Of a stretch of DNA of 64,000 nucleotides, positions 12,226-22,404 are shown one piece after another. The DNA lies in the NCBI RefSeq assembly GCF_006345805.1, contig NC_042999.1, forward strand, positions 58,156,001 through 58,220,000, read 5' to 3'. The position numbers and the translations under genes were made by a program. The notes under the pieces are model-generated. The model worked only from the letters and a program-made list of their open reading frames with translations, did no database searches and had not been told where the DNA came from. Origin of the DNA: Octopus sinensis. Taxonomy: Eukaryota. Numbering within the stretch: position 1 is the stretch's first letter; each line of letters opens with the position of its first letter.

Positions 12226-12700
12226 CATCATCATCATTGTTTAACGTCCGCTTTCCATGCTGGCATGGGTTGAATGGTTTGAGGGCTGGCAAGCCAGGAG
12301 GCTGCACCAGGCTCCAATCTGATCTGGCAAGGTTTCAACAGCTGGAACCCCTTCCTAATGCCAACCACTCCGAGAGTGTAGTGGGTGCTTTTTATGTGCC
12401 ACCAGCACAGAAGTTAGTCAGGCAGCACTGGCAATGACTACGCCTGAATGGTGCTTTTTATGTACTGCTGGCACGGGAGCCAGTCAGGCGGCACTGGCAT
12501 TGACCACACTCGAATGGTGCTTTTTACTTGCCACCGGACACGCTCAAATGATGCTTTTTATGTGCCACTGGCACAGGTCCCTGTCAGGCGGCACTGGCAT
12601 CATCTACGACTGCAATTTCACTTAACAAGTCTTCTCACGCACTACATATTGCCCGATGATTGAAAGGTACTTTTAAACGGGCCGTTATGCAACACTGACA
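12226..12700 (-). mobile_element. RTE 3' UTR copy with several ~55-60 bp subrepeats
   Basis: (CAT)n tail and repeated gaatggtgctttttatgtg units. Confidence 0.85.
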
Positions 12701-13018
12701 GGTAAAAAAGATGAAGTGTGCTATTCAATATGCAGCTCTTTCCTAGTTTTCAGTTTCCAATTTAATATTCAAATTAGTGTTTCTAATAGAGATTAAATTT
12801 GACATGAGACCAGATTAGCTTATAAGCTTATTGTTAATCACTTGGTTTAGTAAAGATAGGATACTTCACTTGAAATAGTTGCGGTGGTGATGATGATTGT
12901 AAAAAAGGGTCATAGGCTTACTTTATTTTTAAAATTAATCTACATCCCTTTTTATGTATGTGAATTTCCCAGCTTTAAATGTTTTATTAAAGAAAGATAA
13001 AACTACTTCTTATTTCAG

Positions 13019-13104
13019 TTTGCTCGCAAAAGGCAGGTTGCAATTCTGAAGGCCCAAGGCAAGACTGCTGAGGCAATCAACAAGCTAAATGATTATTTAA
13101 AGGA
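13019..13104 (+). CDS. EMC2: EMC2 coding exon (86 nt): FARKRQVAILKAQGKTAEAINKLNDYLK(E)
   Basis: tttcag/gtatgt boundaries; matches [29 protein letters not shown]. Confidence 0.96.
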
Positions 13105-13353
13105 GTATGTTTTAAATATTTTTTTTTTTTACATAACAATAATCATATTAATTTATATCTATGAGAAAACATCCTGTATAACAATTAGTACTGTTTTTGT
13201 TTTTTCATTTTCAACTCATCTGTGAGCAAAACCTCATTAGTAATCAGTTTCGTCAATTAAAAGTTTCTGTATCAGATTATATATAAGAAATATATTGTCT
13301 GAAAAATACATTTCTGAATAATAAATAGCCAGTTTATCACATATGAACCACAG

Positions 13354-13662
13354 GTGGAGGCACATGGCCTAGTGGTTAGAGCAGTGGACTCGCGGTCGAG
13401 GGATCGCGGTTTCGAATCTCAGACGGGGTGATGTGTGTGTTTATGAGCGAAACACCTATGCTCCACGCGGCTCTGGCAGAAGGTAATGGCAAACTTCTGC
13501 TGACTCCTTCGCCACAACTTTCTCTCTCGCTTTCCTCCTGCAAAATGCAGCTCACCTGTGACGGACCAGCGTCCCATCCAGGTGGGGAACCTATACGCCA
13601 ATGAAACCGGGAAACCGACCCTTATGAGCCAGGCATAGCTCGAGAAGGAACAAATAACAACA
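13354..13662 (+). mobile_element. Full-length tRNA-Arg-like SINE (OR-type)
   Basis: A box tggcctagtgg, TCG anticodon-like loop (gactcgcgg), B box ggtttcgaatc, (AAC)-like tail. Confidence 0.8.
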
Positions 13663-13934
13663 TATGAACCACAGATACTCTCAAGTACAAAGTGCTTACA
13701 AGAATAAATTAAATCTTGATTTGTATAAGAAATTCCTTTATAAAGTCAAATAATTATCGTCAATATAATTTGTTTATCTTGACAGTTTATGCATGATGTT
13801 TCTGAAAATATTTGTTATGACAAAGTTAAGTTTCGCAGATAAACAGTGTGCACATGTAAACTGCTAACACTTACTACAAATATTCGTTTTTACTCTAGGC
13901 ACAAAACCCAACATTTTTGGGGATGGGGGTGGCA

Positions 13935-14099
13935 GTCAATTAGATCGACCCCAGTGCACAACTGGTACTTAATTTATTGACTCCAAAAGGATGTAAGGCA
14001 AGATTGACCTCGGCAGAATTTGAACTCAGAACATAAAGACATGAAATACCGCTAAGCATTTCGCCCGGCATGCTAATATTTCTGCCAGTTCGCCACCTT
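13935..14099 (-). mobile_element. SINE family B (partial)
   Basis: tcgaccccagtgcacaactggtactt...ttctgccagttcgccacctt. Confidence 0.8.
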
Positions 14100-14589
14100 A
14101 CTCACCACAAATATTGCAGCAAGACTGATTATAAAACAGAATTGTGATAACAAAGTGTCTCTGCCCCTTCTATAGGGGCTTCTCCCATCTGCATACCTTA
14201 TGTATGCAGAATTTTGAAAAGTAGATTTGTGAACAACCCACCTAGGAACACATCCATAGCAAGAAGATTGGAAGTATTGATGGAATTACAAATATCCCAA
14301 AAGTTGACAGAACCCCTTTGAAGTCTTCAGCAGAATTCCCTGAAATGCTAACATTTCAACCAGATCTCTGGTATAAGGAAAACTTGATATCCTGATGTGC
14401 TGCTTCCTCCTGCATTAACCCAAGAACTGTAGTTTCTTCCTCTTCTTTCCTTCTACCTGTAAGAAATGGGTGTTACCCTGTCTCTGATAAAACCAAAATT
14501 AAAAAAAAAAAGAAGCTATTTAGAAAAAGTGTTACTGCAAAGACTAGATAAAAATGTTGTATAAAAAAACCTTTTTTTTTCCTTAATAG

Positions 14590-14731
14590 GTTTATGACTG
14601 ATTTTGAGGCTTGGATGGAACAGTGTGACTTGTATATAGCTGAGAACGATTATGCTAAAGCTTCATTCTGTATGGAGGAATTGATATTATCTAATCCTCA
14701 CAATCATCTCTACCATCTGAAATATGCTGAG
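14590..14731 (+). CDS. EMC2: EMC2 coding exon (142 nt): [47 protein letters not shown]
   Basis: taatag/gtaagc boundaries; matches [47 protein letters not shown]. Confidence 0.97.
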
Positions 14732-14751
14732 GTAAGCACAAATTAATTTCT

Positions 14752-14985
14752 TATTTCTTTATTGCCCACAAGGGGCTAAACGTAGAGGGAACAAAAAAAG
14801 GACAGACAGAGGGATTAAGTCGATTACATCGACTCCAGTGTGTAACTGGTACTTATTTAATTGACCCTGAAAGGATGAAAGGCAAAGTCGACCTTGGCAG
14901 AATTTGAACTCAGAACGTAGCAGCAGACGAAATACCGCTAAGCATTTCGCCCAGTGTGTTAACGTTTCTGCCAGATTGCCACCTT
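14752..14985 (-). mobile_element. SINE family B, 20 bp downstream of an EMC2 donor site
   Basis: tatttctttattgcccacaaggggctaaac...ttctgccagattgccacctt. Confidence 0.85.
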
Positions 14986-16067
14986 AATTAGTTTCTGGTT
15001 ATATTAGAAACTACTAATATAACCAGAAACTACATTGTGCTCGCCGCACAAATTAATTTCTATGCATGCTTATTGCTTTTTCCGTTTATTAGCAATCATT
15101 TTGTCATATATTCTATTTTGTATCATCTGTAATAGTATTGAACGAAATGCCTTGTATGTTTTGGCTCTTTGCATTCTGGCAGTAACGTCTGCAGTGACTT
15201 TAATGCCAAGGTACATCAGACCTAGCCTTTCCTTTGGATAACATTACTGGCATGGAAAGAAGAAACTTGCAGTTGCTGGTCGACCGTAGAAAAAAAGAAA
15301 ATTGCAAATGGTCTTTCTGGTTGCAGATATGTAGTTTATCCTGACCAATGGATGCCTGAAAGATTGTACTTTATTTGAAGGGCAGTGGAGATGTAAGAAA
15401 ACTGGACTGGGTGATTTATTGGATTGAAACTTGTTCAGTGACTCACTTCTGATTTAAAATCCAGTTATGGCCACATGAACTGCTCAAAGACTTTGAAGAT
15501 CATCTTTAAAAATGTTTAGCATTAAGTATGATTGAATTGAAGCACTTGGAATTACTGAGTGTGAGAGTAATCTTGGTAGATATTTAAGAGAGAAAAAGAG
15601 AAGGCTAAGCCAATGACCTGTTAGCAGAAAAATCTATAAGGGAGCCTCTGCATAGTCACATGACCTACTAGAAATGACAGCTAAATCTTTTGAATTCTAT
15701 CCTACTTCAGCAGAATAAGCAGAGCAGTGCACAATGTAGTGATCCTAGAGAGACAGCTAAGATGGGATGTCATGGCTGTACTGCTTTTGATCAAAGATCT
15801 GTTCGATGAAAACTGACTTAAGATTGAACATTAACAACTAGAAAAACTCACAGGGATTGGTTTTGTTAGCCATTTGTATACCCATATTGATCTCAGATAA
15901 AATGTAAAGTTAGTGCAGACATGGCTAGTGATCCAGCTGGGCAGCACTTTAGGCAAGTGTTTTTTTTACCATAACCTCAGAGTGACCAATGCCTTGTGAA
16001 TGGAATTTGTTAGAATGGAATTTGTTAGAATGGAATCTGTGCAGAAGTCCGTTTGTATATATATATA

Positions 16068-16279
16068 GAACGCCATGATGGACCGTTAGCTCCTACACGC
16101 ATTTTTTCTCTCCTTGTTTCTCTCCTTGTTTCTTTTCTGTGTATCTTTCTGTCGAAGAGCGTTGGCTCGAAACGTAAAAGACTTGTTCTATTTCTATTCC
16201 TGAGCGCCATACTAATACATTTGTGTGTTTGTACTCCACCTGCCTTCGTCTTTTGTTTATTTTCGTAAACCTTCCTGTT
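16068..16279 (+). mobile_element. Penelope-like terminal-repeat fragment inserted in (TA)n, carrying a hammerhead-like motif
   Basis: Flanked by TA runs on both sides; cttt-ctgtcga-a-gagc-gttg-gctc-gaaac-gta-aaag at 16145-16180. Confidence 0.55.
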
Positions 16280-16295
16280 ATATATATATATATAT

Positions 16296-17243
16296 CTCTA
16301 ATTCACATGTACTATCTCTCTCTCTCTCTCTCTCTCACATCTACAAGCTGTGAATTTCCGATTGCGAACAAGATAGGTGTTTTGAATTGCTATTTTCAAC
16401 TCTTTACTGACCATTCATAATTTTATCAAATTTCTCTATCTGTCTATCTTATCTAATCTTATTCATTTCATATCATTTCTCCTCGTATTAATCAACATTC
16501 GTATCTTCGCGCCATCTTGAAGCCTTTTCTCTCTAATTCACATGTACTATCTCTCTCTCTCTCTCTCTCTCCCCCCCCCCCTACAAGCTGTGAATTTCCG
16601 ATTGCGAACAAGATAGGTGTTTTGGATTGCTATTTTCAACTCTTTACTGACCATTCATAATTTTATCAAATTTCTCTATCTGTCTATCTTATCTAATCTT
16701 ATTCATTTCATATCATTTCTCCTCGTATTAATCAACATTCGTATCTTCGCGGTGCACCCGCCCTACCCACCCCCACCACCAATACTGGATATCTATATTT
16801 TTGCTCCATCTATACCGGATGTCGCTTCTCCCACCACCATTATAGGTGTCTACTCTTCGAAACCCCCCCCTCTTCAATACGCTATTTCACCATGCATTAC
16901 CCCTCTCTCGATATCCTACGTTCTACTTGCCTAGAACCTGTCATCATTTCTCTGAACCACCCCTCCCCACTGGTGCTTCCCTATATTTCTGCACCCCCCC
17001 CACATAAAAAGCACCATCCGAACGTGGCCGATGCCAGACCCCTCTGGCACCTGTGCAGGTGGCATGTAAAAAACACCCACTACACTCGCGGAGTGGTTGG
17101 CGTTAGGAAGGGCATCCAGCTGTAGAAACACTGCCAGACTAGACTGGAGCCTGGGGCAGTCCCGAGCTCCCCAGACCCCGGTCGAAACCGTCCAACCCGT
17201 GCTAGCACGGAAAACGGACGTTAAACGATGATGATGATGATGA
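16296..17243 (+). mobile_element. Composite retroposon copy 1: about two tandem ~240-bp monomers, C-rich body, RTE 3' tail
   Basis: Period 240 (gtatcttcgc at 16501 and 16741); body starts ggtgcacccgccc at 16751; ends aaacgatgatgatgatgatga. Confidence 0.85.
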
Positions 17244-17666
17244 TATATATATATATATATATATATAATGTCTGAGTATTTCTTTTACTGATGTATATTG
17301 GTGAAAGGTGAAAAAAAATGGCATAGTTTATAAAATAAAAAGTACTGTCTACTTGAATTTTACAGACACACCTTAGTCACTCTGTCCATTGTAAATACAA
17401 TAAATGACTCACTGGAAACCTATAAAAGCAGTGATATTATTGTTTACAAACTGTATAATTTATAAAAGAAAATATAAAAGTAAGATCTCAAAATAAAGGA
17501 AGATGACTGTTGTTGTCTTCCCATCATGAAAAGATTGTGAATCAGTATTTATACGTGTACCCACAATTAGTTTTTTTTTCCCCCCCCATTTTAAATTCTG
17601 TTATAATCATAATCTACACCACCCGAGAGGTATTTTTTACTCTTTCTTGTTTCAGCCAAGCGGCTA

Positions 17667-18028
17667 CATCATCATCATCGTTTAATGTCCGCTTTCCATG
17701 CTAGCATGGGTTGGATGATTTGACTGAGGGCCGGCGAACCAGATGGCTGCACCAGGCTCCAGTCTTGATCTGGCAGAGTTTCTACAGCTGGATGCCCTTC
17801 CTAACACCAACCACTCCGAGAGTGCAGTGAGTACTTTTATGTGCCACCAGCACGGGGGCCAGTCAGGCGGTACTGGCAACGACCTTGCTCGAATCTTTTT
17901 ACACATGCCAATGGCACAGGTGCCAGTAAGGCAATGCTGGTAATGATCTCGCTCGAATGGTGCCTTTTACATGCCACCAGTACGGAAGCCAGTTAGCCGC
18001 TCTGGCGATGATCACGCTCGGATGGTGT
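17667..18028 (-). mobile_element. RTE 3' UTR copy, antisense
   Basis: (CAT)n-cgtttaatgtccgctttccatgctagc... with subrepeats. Confidence 0.85.
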
Positions 18029-18227
18029 AGAAAGTTTCAGTAAAAAAATAATCGTTTTTTTGATAGTTACGAGGAAACAGTTGATTTTAGTGAATTATCC
18101 TAAACTCCTTTACTGCCCCTCCAAAACATTTTTCACAACAAATTCTAATATAACCAGAAACTACATTATCTGAAAAGTATATCTAGAAAATGTCATAACT
18201 GATTACAAATTTTGTTCTTATTTACAG

Positions 18228-18338
18228 ATTAAATATACACAAGGTGGTCCTGAAAACCTTGAAATAGCTAGAGCCTATTTCAGTGAAGCTGCAAAACTAA
18301 ATCCACACAATCTGCGCAGTTTATTTGGATTGTTAATG
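18228..18338 (+). CDS. EMC2: EMC2 coding exon (111 nt): IKYTQGGPENLEIARAYFSEAAKLNPHNLRSLFGLLM
   Basis: ttacag/gtaaat boundaries; matches [37 protein letters not shown]. Confidence 0.97.
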
Positions 18339-18351
18339 GTAAATAGATATA

Positions 18352-18577
18352 CTCTTTTACTCTCTCTCTTTTACTCTTTTACTTGTTTCAGTCATTTGAC
18401 TGTGGCTATGCTGGAGCACTGCCTTTAGTCGAGCAAATCAACCCCAGGACTTATTCTTTGTAAGCCTAGTACTTATTTTAGCGGTTTCTTTTGCCGAACT
18501 GCTAAGTTACGGGGACGTAAACATCAGCATCGGTTGTCAAGCGATGTTGGGGGGACAAACACAGCCACACAAACACA

Positions 18578-18615
<38 letters not shown>

Positions 18616-18772
18616 GATGGGCTTCTTTCAGTGTCCCGTCTACCAAATCCACTCACAAGGCTTTGGTCGGCCCGAGGCTATAGTAGAAGACACTTGCCCA
18701 AGGTGCCACGCAGTGGGACTGAACCCTGAACCATGTGGTTAGTTAGCAAGCTACTTACCACACAGCCACTCC
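18352..18772 (-). mobile_element. SINE family C (gtaggagtggctgtgtggtaag head, internal (TA)/(TG) tract, gagtaaaa tail)
   Basis: Reverse complement of the 48768-49155 family; starts 14 bp after an EMC2 donor. Confidence 0.88.
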
Positions 18773-19057
18773 TATATATTTTTTGTACTTTTGCATTTCA
18801 ATTAATTCAAAACTATCTGTATTAGGTGTATGTCTTTTAGATGTGAATCATGATAAAGTGGAGAACCTGCTTGTGATAAAATAAAGTACCAGCGAAATAC
18901 TGGGGTTGATGTGACAGGTTGTACTCTCCCTCAAGATTTGTGACGGTGTACTTAGGTTAGAAGCCATCATTATCATCATCTTCATCCCACCCCACTTCAT
19001 TATTATTTACATACCCATCGTCACTGTTTCTCCAGATATTACTAGAACATTTGTGTG

Positions 19058-19412
19058 AAGGCTCATGGCTAAGTGGTTAGAGCGTCAAGCTTACGATCGT
19101 CAGGTTGTGAGTTCGATTCCCAGACTGGGCTGCATGTTGTGTTCTTGAGCAAGACACTTTATTTCACATTGCTCCAGTTAGCTCAGCTATAGAAACGAGT
19201 TGCGACATCACTGGTGCCAAGCTGTATCGGCCCCTTTGTCTTTCCCTTGGATAACATTGATGGTGTGGACAGGGGAGGCCTGTATGCATGGTCGACTGCT
19301 GGTCTTCCATAGACAACCTTGCCTGGACTTGTGCCTGGGAGGGTAACTTTCTAGGTGTAATTCCATGGTCATTCGTGACCGAAGGGGATCTCCCACTGGG
19401 ACATTTGTAAAC
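19058..19412 (+). mobile_element. tRNA-derived SINE of another family
   Basis: tggctaagtggttagagc A box, gagttcgattcc B box, gtgttcttgagcaagacacttt central domain. Confidence 0.75.
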
Positions 19413-19446
19413 TTTGTGGATGTATGTTTCAGAAATTTGTTTCAAG

Positions 19447-20830
19447 GTCCATGAGCAGGCTAAGATTTCTCCCTTCTTTTTTCATACATACATACATTTG
19501 TCTACCGTTTAAATGTTTTGAACTTATAACCACCAATCTGCTTTGCTTTCCTTTTCTTTCTACATGCCACCCTAAAAACATCGCCATTCCCGCCCGTTTC
19601 TCTAAAAGTTCAACCTTCGCATGTTCCCTTTAATTCGATCTCCACCATTCACTATCATTTCTTCCCCTGGCTTACAGCGATGTCCATGAGCAGGCTAAGA
19701 TTTCTCCCTTCTTTTTTCATACATACATACATTTGTCTACCGTTTAAATGTTTTGAACTTATAACCACCAATCTGCTTTGCTTTCCTTTTCTTTCTACAT
19801 GCCACCCTAAAAACATCGCCATTCCCGCCCGTTTCTCTAAAAGTTCAACCTTCGCATGTTCCCTTTAATTCGATCTCCACCATTCACTATCATTTCTTCC
19901 CTGGCTTACAGCGATGTCCATGAGCAGGCTAAGATTTCTCCCTTCTTTTTTCATACATACATACATTTGTCTACCGTTTAAATGTTTTGAACTTATAACC
20001 ACCAATCTGCTTTGCTTTCCTTTTCTTTCTACATGCCACCCTAAAAACATCGCCATTCCCGCCCGTTTCTCTAAAAGTTCAACCTTCGCATGTTCCCTTT
20101 AATTCGATCTCCACCATTCACTATCATTTCTTCCCCTGGCTTACAGCGATGTCCATGAGCAGGCTAAGATTTCTCCCTTCTTTTTTCATACATACATACA
20201 TTTGTCTACCGTTTAAATGTTTTGAACTTATAACCACCAATCTGCTTTGCTTTCCTTTTCTTTCTACATGCCACCCTAAAACATCGCCATTCCCGCCCGT
20301 TTCTCTAAAGTTCAACCTTCGCATATTCCCGGTGCACCCGCCCTTGTCCACCCCCACCACCAATACCGGATATCTCTATATTTTTTGTTCCATCTATACC
20401 GGATGTCGCTTCTCCCACCACCATTATAGGTGTCTACTCTTCGAACCCCCCTCTTCAACACGCTATTTCACCATGCATTACCCCTCTCTTGATATCCTAC
20501 GTTCTACTTGCCTAGAACCTGTCATCATTTCTCTGAACCACCCCTCCCCACTGGTGCTCCCCTATATATTTCTGCACCCCCCCCCCACATAAAAAGCACC
20601 ATCCGAACGTGGCCGATGCCAGACCCCTCTGGCACCTGTGCAGGTGGCATGTAAAAAACACCCACTACACTCGCGGAGTGGTTGGCGTTAGGAAGGGCAT
20701 CCAGCTGTAGAAACACTGCCAGACTAGACTGGAGCCTGGGGCAGTCCCGAGCTCCCCAGACCCCGGTCGAAACCGTCCAACCCGTGCTAGCGCGGAAAAC
20801 GGACGTTAAACGATGATGATGATGATGATG
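19447..20830 (+). mobile_element. Composite retroposon copy 2: ~3.8 tandem 235-bp monomers, same C-rich body, RTE 3' tail
   Basis: gtccatgagcaggctaag at 19447, 19682, 19916 and 20151; body starts ggtgcacccgccc at 20331. Confidence 0.88.
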
Positions 20831-21699
20831 TAGCATTCTCGTTGGTTTTTACCTGGGAAGCTTAGGTTTAAGTCTTGATAAAAGAACTTTATCATTCAGT
20901 CAGCTTTGAGAATAAGACTTGGCATTAACTAATCGATTGACTGTATTCAGTTAGGAAACTTTTCAGCTTATATAAACTTCTTACCTACATCTTGCTCTCT
21001 CCTTTTCTTTCCCTCCCTCTTGATGTATGTCTTTCTTCTCTGAAGATAAAATTTAAACTGGAGCAATGCTACTACTTCCTCACAATTATAACTGTTCCTG
21101 TTCTAAACCCATAGAATGAATAATCTGTACACAATACTCGAACCTAGACAAAAGAAAAATCCTGATAAATTCTAGTGCTTCTACTATTTACTACAACCTT
21201 TCCATTATTTTTAAGGGTTTCAGTTATTAGCTGTGCTGGAGCACCATAGTATATTCTAATCGATTACAACAACCACTATCTACCTCTTTGAACAATTTTT
21301 AATACTGATAGGCAAAGTGGACTTGGCTAGAATTAAAGCTCAGAATGTAAAAAGGACGTAATGAAAATTTCGTTTGATGCTTTACCGATTCTGGCATTCA
21401 CTTGTGGTATTTACTTACAACTATATTGTTTGAGTTATTGGGCCAGTAAGAAAACACGTATTGCCGATGCTTTTGTTAATTAAGTTAATCATTTAAGTTA
21501 TTGATTCGACTATTAGTACCGTAATAAATTGAATTCTGAAACAGTACTACAGGGAAATAACTCTCTGACCATAGGCTTGAGGTTTTATCTTTCTTGGATG
21601 CAATTTCATTAAAATTCATTATTAAATATTAAACTGTAACTTGACATCACAATCAACAATTTTTTGAGTCAGGTACATCAAAACCAAAATCAAATGGAA

Positions 21700-21982
21700 A
21701 TTGTAGTTGCGATCCTCGTGCCAGCGGCACGTAAAAAGCATCATCCAATTGTGGCCGTTGCCAGCCCCCTCTTGCCCCCATGCTGGGGACATGTAAAAAG
21801 CACCCATGCTGGGGGCATGTAAAAAGCACCCACTACACTCTCAGTGGTTGGTGTTAGGGAAGGCATCTAGCTGTAGAAACACTGCCAGATCAGACTGGAG
21901 CTTGGGGCAGCCTCCTGGCTTCTCAGACCCCAGTCGAACCATCCAACCCATGCTAGCATGGAAAATGGATGTTAATGATGAA

Positions 21983-21985
<3 letters not shown>
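21700..21985 (+). mobile_element. RTE 3' UTR copy
   Basis: Same core and tail as the other copies. Confidence 0.8.
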
Positions 21986-22025
<40 letters not shown>

Positions 22026-22404
22026 TATATATATTATTTTCACCATGTAAAGGTTGATAGTGACTTCAAAGTATCAGCTTATTAACTGTCATATATATAT
22101 GTTACATACCTGAAGCAGGCATGTCTGTGCAGTTAAGAAGTTTGCCTCTCAGTCACATGATTTCAGGTTCAGTCCCATTGCATAGCATCTTGGGCAAGTG
22201 TTTTCTGTACTGCAAAACAACCAAAGTGTTGTGTGTGAATTTGGTAGGAAGTAACTGAAAGAAAGCCCATCGAGTGTGTGTGTGTGTGTGTGGGGGGGTA
22301 TATGGGTATGTGTATATATGTGTGGATATAAGTGTGTGTGTATGTGTCTGTTTATATATATGATTATATGAAATTCATAATGTGCTGTGCAGTGTTTGTA
22401 TCAT

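Noticed and set aside
13354-13430. tRNA-Arg gene (also 42665-42740 and 19065-19135)
   Set aside because: The heads run into SINE bodies and tails, and the acceptor and anticodon stems do not pair cleanly.
19447-20330. Regular array as a CRISPR or retrozyme array
   Set aside because: Eukaryotic context, no unique spacers, no cas genes, and no hammerhead core in the unit.
20149-20592. 147-aa ORF spanning the last monomer and the composite body (and 105 aa at 16617-16934)
   Set aside because: Starts differ between the two copies, homopolymer indels shift the frames, and there is no recognisable domain.
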